From an uncultured delta proteobacterium (GTDB lineage Bacteria; Myxococcota; UBA727; VGSZ01): 64,000 bases of DNA. Under the pieces are notes generated by a model. It was not told the DNA's origin and searched no databases. It saw only the letters and a program-made list of their open reading frames with translations. This document shows, piece by piece, positions 58,879-64,000 of this stretch. Each line of letters starts with the position of its first letter. The first letter of the stretch is position 1. Position numbers and translations under genes: made by a program. The stretch spans positions 128,001 to 192,000 of the forward strand of contig CAVZJB010000007.1 in assembly GCA_963775425.1 (NCBI GenBank), read 5' to 3'.

Positions 58879-60200
58879 TTCGCGGCCCCCATGCGCTCCT
58901 TGCGCAGGCGCTCCTCGGCGTCGAGCCTGTCGTCGGCGCGGCGCACGCGCCCGGCGACCACGCCGCCGCAGCCCGGGCACGTGGACGCCCCTGGCGGGAT
59001 GCGCGCGGCGCAACCCGTGTCCGCGCAGACGTCGAACGCCGCGCGCCGGCCCGCGAGGAAGCCGGCGCAGGCGCACGCCACGGGAACGGCGGCGAGCACC
59101 GGTGCGGTGCCGGCGATGCGCGCGGCGACGAGGGCGGCGGCGACGCCCGCGAAGAAGGCGAGCGCACCGTAGTAGACGGCGCGTGTCCGGCGCAGGCGAA
59201 ACACCGGCTGACCGGTGTTGTCGCGGCCGCCGAGCCGGCGCAGCGCGGCGTCGAGCGGCTCGTCGGGATCATGGACGCCGAGGGCGCCGCCCTCGGGCGC
59301 TCCGTCGTCGTCGTCGGCGTAGATGCCGTCGTCGGGGAGCGGGGCGAGCAGCGCCCCGAAATTCACCGCGGCGCGCGCCGTCGACGAGGGCGGCAACCCG
59401 AGGCGCGCGGCGACGTCACCTTCGGCCGCGGCCGCACGTGTTGCGGCGAGGCGCTTGTGCGCTTGGGCGAAGAACGCCGCCTGGTTGGTCTCGAGCGCCG
59501 AACGGATCGGCTTGTCGTCGAGGCCGCGCGCCGCACACAGCGCCGCGAGCGCGAACGACGCCGCCCGCGGGCCGAGCGCGCCCGCCTCGACGCGGCTGTG
59601 CTCCGAGTGCCACACGGAGCCGCGGATGTCGCCGCGCGAGCGGATGCGCAGCGCGTCGTTGGTGGTGAAGACGCCGAAGCCGAGTGCGACGGCGGTGAGG
59701 TCGACGAGCTTCTCCTCGAGCGCGCGCTCGGTCGCGCGCAGGCCCTCGAGGGCGCGCACGGCCTTGGCCACTTCGCGCGCCGTAGCCCCGACGACGAGGT
59801 CGGGATCGTCGAGGTAGCCCGGGTCCACCGCGAACACCAACGCCGTCCCCTCCGCGGCGCTCACGCCGGCGAACGACACCGGCGCCCCCACCGTGCGCCA
59901 CGCGTTGGGCTGCAGCGCCACGCCCCACGCCGCGGTGCGCTGCTCCACGAGCTCCTCGGTGGTGCCGATCACGGCGACGTCGGGCGCGACGCCGGCGAAG
60001 CGCATCAGCCGCCGGGCGATGCGCGCCACGCCCAGCGACGTCGGCGACCACGCGTCCGGGAAGTGCCGCTCGTCCGGGAGCACGACGGGCCGCGTGAGCA
60101 CGCGCTCGACGCCGAGGGCGCGCACGACGTCCGCAAGCGCGTCGAGGAGCGCCCGCTCTTCGTCGTCGCCGAGCCGCGTGGCGAGCGTTCCCCCCGTCAT
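58875..60200 (-). CDS. Hypothetical membrane protein with zincin-like core lacking HExxH and a C-terminal Zn ribbon
   Basis: PVVLPDERHFPD, VGATAREVAK...EKLVDLTAVALGFGVFTTN, two TM helices, CADTGC...CPGCG. Confidence 0.65.
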   Translation of the reverse strand: MTGGTLATRLGDDEERALLDALADVVRALGVERVLTRPVVLPDERHFPDAWSPTSLGVARIARRLMRFAGVAPDVAVIGTTEELVEQRTAAWGVALQPNAWRTVGAPVSFAGVSAAEGTALVFAVDPGYLDDPDLVVGATAREVAKAVRALEGLRATERALEEKLVDLTAVALGFGVFTTNDALRIRSRGDIRGSVWHSEHSRVEAGALGPRAASFALAALCAARGLDDKPIRSALETNQAAFFAQAHKRLAATRAAAAEGDVAARLGLPPSSTARAAVNFGALLAPLPDDGIYADDDDGAPEGGALGVHDPDEPLDAALRRLGGRDNTGQPVFRLRRTRAVYYGALAFFAGVAAALVAARIAGTAPVLAAVPVACACAGFLAGRRAAFDVCADTGCAARIPPGASTCPGCGGVVAGRVRRADDRLDAEERLRKERMGAAK

Positions 60201-60325
60201 GCGACGACGGATCGGGCCCGCGGGCGTCGGCGTCAACCCGGGCCGGCGGGCGACGCACCACAGCGATGCACGGTCGCTCGGGGGCAACCCGCACCTGATC
60301 CGCGCGCGTCGTTAGCTCTTCGAGC

Positions 60326-61861
60326 ATGACCACCGCCCCCTGGCCGCTCCCGGTGCGACCGGACTTCCCGAAGCTCCTCGACGACACCCACGCCGACGTC
60401 GTCGTCATCGGCGGTGGCATCGCCGGCGTCACCACCGCCTTCTGCCTCGCGCAGGAAAGCGCCCTGCGAGGGCGCGTGATCCTGCTCGAAGGCGGGCTCG
60501 TCGGCTCCGGCGAGACCTCGCGGACCACCGCGCACCTGAGCGCCGTCGTCGACGACGGCTTCGTCGCCGTCGAGGGCATGCACGGCGAGCGCGGCGCGCA
60601 GCTCGCCTGGCAGAGCCACGCTGCCGCCATCGACTTCATCGAGGAGCTGGTGCTCACCCACGGCGTGGACTGCGGCTTCGAGCGCGTCCCCGGCTACCTC
60701 TTCCTCTCTCCCGGCCGGCGCGCGCGCGTGCTCGACGCGGAGCTCGCCGCCTGCCGCCGCGCCGGCATCCCCGGCATCGAGCGCATCGCCCAGGCGCCGC
60801 TCAGGGGCGTGGACACCGGGCCGTGCCTGCACTTCCCGCGGCAGGCGCAGCTCGAGCCGCTGCGCTACCTGCACGCGCTCGCCGACCTCTTCCTGCAAAG
60901 CGGCGGGCGCATCTACGAGCGCTCCCACGTCGAGTCCGTCGAGACGGGGGAGCGCGTGCGCGTGCGGGTGGAGCGCGGCGGCACCGTCTCCGCCGGCGCC
61001 GTCGTCGTCGCCACCAACGCGCCCATCGTCGGCAACCTGCGGATGCCGATGCGCGAGTACGCCTACCGCAGCTACGCGGTGGCCCTCGAGCTGCCGCGCG
61101 GGATGGTGCCGGCGGCGCTCCTGTGGGACACCGCCGAGCCCTATCACTACGTGCGGGTGCACGACGTGCCCGGCGCCGAGCCCCTGCTCCTCGTCGGCGG
61201 CGAGGACCACAAGGTCGGGCAGGCCGGCGACGGCGAGGCGCGACACAACCGCCTCGAGGCCTGGGCGCGCGCGCTGTTCCCCTACGCCGGCGGCGTGCGG
61301 CACCGCTGGTCCGGTCAGGTGCTCCAGCCCGCCGACGGCCTCGCGTACATCGGGGCCTACGGCGCCGCCGACCGCCACGTCTTCATCGCCACCGGCGACG
61401 CAGGCCAGGGCATGACGTACGGCACCATCGCCGGCCTCCTGTTGCGCGACCTCATCCTCGGGCGCGACAACGCCTGGTCGCGGCTGTACGACCCCGAGCG
61501 CACCACGCTCGGCGCGCTCGGCGAGGTCACCGCGGAGAACCTCAACGTCGTGTCGCAGTACCGCCGCTGGCTCACCCGCGGCGACGCCGGCAGCCCCGAC
61601 GAGCTCCGCCCCGGCGACGGGCGCGTCCTGCGCGACGGACTGCAGAAGCTCGCCTGCGCCCGCGACGACGACGGCCACCTGCACTGCGTGTCCGCGACGT
61701 GCACGCACCTCGGCGGCATCCTCGCGTGGAACCCGACGGAGAAGACCTGGGACTGCCCCTGCCACGGCTCGCGCTTCGACGTCGACGGCGCCGTGTTGAA
61801 CGGCCCGGCGACGACGCCGCTCGAGCACCGGCTGCTGCCGCGCCACCGGCGCGTCGGCTGA
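60326..61861 (+). CDS. FAD-dependent oxidoreductase with Rieske domain (YhfW-like)
   Basis: VIGGGIAG, GETSRTTAH, GGEDHKVG, CTHLG...WDCPCHGSRF. Confidence 0.93.
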   Translation: MTTAPWPLPVRPDFPKLLDDTHADVVVIGGGIAGVTTAFCLAQESALRGRVILLEGGLVGSGETSRTTAHLSAVVDDGFVAVEGMHGERGAQLAWQSHAAAIDFIEELVLTHGVDCGFERVPGYLFLSPGRRARVLDAELAACRRAGIPGIERIAQAPLRGVDTGPCLHFPRQAQLEPLRYLHALADLFLQSGGRIYERSHVESVETGERVRVRVERGGTVSAGAVVVATNAPIVGNLRMPMREYAYRSYAVALELPRGMVPAALLWDTAEPYHYVRVHDVPGAEPLLLVGGEDHKVGQAGDGEARHNRLEAWARALFPYAGGVRHRWSGQVLQPADGLAYIGAYGAADRHVFIATGDAGQGMTYGTIAGLLLRDLILGRDNAWSRLYDPERTTLGALGEVTAENLNVVSQYRRWLTRGDAGSPDELRPGDGRVLRDGLQKLACARDDDGHLHCVSATCTHLGGILAWNPTEKTWDCPCHGSRFDVDGAVLNGPATTPLEHRLLPRHRRVG

Positions 61862-61967
61862 GAGGGTGTTTACAAATTGGCACCGCGGTCGATGGACGCA
61901 CGGCGGAAGGGCGACGGCCGGCGCCGTCGTCGCCGCACACGTCGACACGGCACGCACGGCATCGAGA

Positions 61968-62062
61968 CGTAGGGCGCCTCCTTGTGGGGCGCGTCGGAGG
62001 GCGCCGGCGACGTCCACGGCGCCGGGGTGTTTCCGACGCGGGGGACAAGCCCCCGCCCTACG
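61968..62062. repeat. REPIN: two inverted GTAG-type REPs
   Basis: CGTAGGGCGCCTCCTTGTGGGGCGCGTCGGA ... TCCGACGCGGGGGACAAGCCCCCGCCCTACG, lying between convergent genes. Confidence 0.8.
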
Positions 62063-62068
62063 AGCGGG

Positions 62069-63181
62069 TCAGTTGTGTTGGTTGAAGAGGGTGCGGATCG
62101 CGTTCTTCCGCGAGTGGTTGGCCTGCCAGAAGGTGTACGTCGAGTGGCTCACCAGGCCGTTCCTGCCGTTGAGCCAGTCCTGCACCTGGGCGCGCAGCGA
62201 CGCCTTCATGTGGACGCCGACGTAGATGGCGTGGATGTGGCGGATCTCGCTCGAGGGCCAGCCGTCGTGGCCGGGGTTGCGGAAGAAGGCCGCGAAGCCC
62301 TGGTCGGCGAGCCGCGTGAGGAGCGCGCGCACCTGCGCGTTGCTCATGCCGGCGGTCCGCAGGTCCGTCGCCGCGCAGTAGGCGAAGCCGCCGGCGGTGC
62401 CGTCCTGCGCGTGCGTGCCCGCCGACGCGGCGGCGTTGCCGATGGTCTGCGAGATCCCGCTCGCGCTGATCCCGGCGCAGCGCAGGTGATCGGACTGCCT
62501 CGGCGCCAAGCCCCACCGCAGCTGGCTGTGGTGCGCGCAGGTGTCGGTGCTCTCGCAGCGATCGTCGTGACCCGGCGCCGCCACGATGCACGACGCGTCA
62601 CAGCGCTGCGCCACCGCCGCCGGCCCGGGGCCGTTGCACTGGTACAGCACGTTGGCGTTGGCGTGCGTCACCTTGTCGCCGCCGCAGTAGTAGCCGACGT
62701 GGGCGTTGGCGTCGCAGCGCGGCGGCGGCGGCGCGCTGCAGTAGTCGTCGTGGCCCGCCGCGGCGACATGGCAGCCGTTCGCGCACGACCTGACCACGGT
62801 GGCGGGGCCGGGCCCGTGGCAACGGTAGAGGGTGTTGCGGTTGCCGTTGTTGACCTTGTCGCCGCCGCAGTAGTCGCCCGTATGCGCGTTCGATGCGCAC
62901 CTCGCGCCGGTCGAGAACGCTTGCACGTCGGTGTCGCCGCCGGCGTCGTCGTAGGGGACGTCCTCGTCGTCGACAGGCGGCGGCTCCTCCTCGCCCTCGT
63001 ACCCGGGGCCCTCCTCGCCGACCCCATTGTCCACGAGCGACATGCCGTCGTCGGCGGGCTCGTCATCGGGGGGCGCGACCCCGTCATCCAGCTGTCCGTG
63101 CACGGTTACGACGGTCGGCCCGCACGCGGTGAAGACAACGACGAGCGCGCCGACGAGGGGGGCGAGGAGTGGTTTCGTCAT
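62069..63181 (-). CDS. Lipoprotein with two Cys-rich modules and a C-terminal M15/LAS-like putative peptidoglycan peptidase domain
   Basis: Lipobox FTAC, acidic linker, 2x GxYCGGDKV...LYxC.GPGP...C...C.VAA.GHDDxC, then SAGTH...ATDL...HIHAI metal-ligand pattern. Confidence 0.7.
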   Translation of the reverse strand: MTKPLLAPLVGALVVVFTACGPTVVTVHGQLDDGVAPPDDEPADDGMSLVDNGVGEEGPGYEGEEEPPPVDDEDVPYDDAGGDTDVQAFSTGARCASNAHTGDYCGGDKVNNGNRNTLYRCHGPGPATVVRSCANGCHVAAAGHDDYCSAPPPPRCDANAHVGYYCGGDKVTHANANVLYQCNGPGPAAVAQRCDASCIVAAPGHDDRCESTDTCAHHSQLRWGLAPRQSDHLRCAGISASGISQTIGNAAASAGTHAQDGTAGGFAYCAATDLRTAGMSNAQVRALLTRLADQGFAAFFRNPGHDGWPSSEIRHIHAIYVGVHMKASLRAQVQDWLNGRNGLVSHSTYTFWQANHSRKNAIRTLFNQHN

Positions 63182-63305
63182 GGGCGGCACTATGGAGGCT
63201 CGCCGGCGCGCGCGTCGTGGGTCGCGTGGTGTCCTGTGGTGTCTCCCCGGATTCCCTCGGTCGAACGCGTGGTTGCGTGTGCTCCTGGCTTGCTAACGTG
63301 ATGTC

Positions 63306-63785
63306 GTGATGACGGCGCTGGCCCGCTTGATCGTCGCGGCGCTCCTCGCGCAGGCCGCGGCGTGCTCGCTCTTCTCCTCCGACGTCGCCTGCGACGACCG
63401 CACGCCGTGCCCCGTCGGCGCCTGTGCCCCGAGCGGCTTCTGCGCGGCCGGCGAGGGCAAAGGCGAAGGTGAAGGTGAAGGTGAAGGCGAAGGAGAGGGC
63501 GAGGGAGAGGGCGAAGGAGAGGGCGAAGGAGAGGGCGAGGGAGAGGGCGAAGGAGAAGGTGAAGGTGAAGGTGAAGGAGAAGGCGAAGGAGAGGGCGAGG
63601 GCGAGCCTGCGGCGACGTGCGACGCGGACGCCGTGCTCGGCGACTACTGCGCCGGCGACAAGATCACCAACGGCGCACCGGGCATCCTCTATCGCTGCCA
63701 GGGGCCGGGGCCCGCCGAGGTGCACGAGACCTGTGCCACGGCCTGCGTGATCGCGGCGGCTGGGCAGGACGACTTCTGTCGATGA
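63306..63785 (+). CDS. (GE)n-linker lipoprotein ending in the same Cys module as 62069..63181
   Basis: Lipobox-like AAAC, small Cys domain, about 25 GE units, GDYCAGDKI...LYRCQGPGP...GQDDFC. ATGA overlap with the downstream kinase. Confidence 0.8.
   Translation: MMTALARLIVAALLAQAAACSLFSSDVACDDRTPCPVGACAPSGFCAAGEGKGEGEGEGEGEGEGEGEGEGEGEGEGEGEGEGEGEGEGEGEGEGEGEGEPAATCDADAVLGDYCAGDKITNGAPGILYRCQGPGPAEVHETCATACVIAAAGQDDFCR
63450..63605 (+). repeat. Hexamer tandem repeat encoding (Gly-Glu)n
   Basis: Directly visible hexamer run. Confidence 0.95.
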
Positions 63786-64000
63786 GCGATCGCCCGAAGC
63801 GCTTCGGCGACTACACGCTGCTGACGAAGCTCGCGGAGGGGGGCATGGGCTCCATCCACCTCGCGAAGCGCGTCGGCTTTCGCGCGGACATCCAACGTTT
63901 TCTCGTGGTGAAGAAGCTCCTGCGCGGGCGCGCCGGCCCGCGCGATCTGCGCCGCTTCGAGGACGAGGCGCGCATCGCGGTCACGCTCAACCACCGCGCG
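63782..64000 (+). CDS. Ser/Thr protein kinase, 3'-partial (not in the ORF track)
   Basis: Manual translation: MSDRPKRFGDYTLLTKLAEGGMGSIHLAKR...LVVKKL...RFEDEARIAVTLNH, kinase subdomains I-III. Confidence 0.88.
   Translation, partial: MSDRPKRFGDYTLLTKLAEGGMGSIHLAKRVGFRADIQRFLVVKKLLRGRAGPRDLRRFEDEARIAVTLNHRA

Noticed and set aside
61860-61885. AT-rich AGGGTGTTTACAAATT string resembling an IS end
   Set aside because: No partner inverted repeat or transposase fragment found, and it is too short to support a call.

Overview
Very GC-rich bacterial DNA whose gene content suggests Myxococcota or a related deltaproteobacterium (inference: several eukaryote-type Ser/Thr kinases, Cys-rich lipoproteins, PilZ and MshEN proteins). 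About 55 densely packed genes. Recognisable genes: an aerobic benzoyl-CoA (box) cluster with boxR divergent from boxC...boxB (no boxA here, and two paralogous lipoproteins plus two gene stubs sit between boxC and boxB), a standalone Zn-free rpsD, tolQ, pncB and pncA separated by an IS1182-like relic and dcp, phospholipase C, an M23 peptidase, two histidine kinases, a GH57 branching enzyme, DedA, msrB, murJ and a Rieske-FAD oxidoreductase. No rRNA, tRNA or CRISPR array was seen. Most notable candidates: (1) a coupled cassette of a DUF1795/Eag-like adaptor, a calpain-like C2 protease and a TIMP-like OB-fold protein; (2) a family of secreted (Gly-Glu)n-linker proteins with variable tips, two coupled to Ser/Thr kinases and one sharing its Cys module with a divergent M15-like hydrolase; (3) a window-wide leaderless-promoter signature; (4) GTAG-REP/REPIN elements with stem covariation; (5) several internally deleted or frameshifted genes. 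All product calls come from motif recognition by eye, with no database search.
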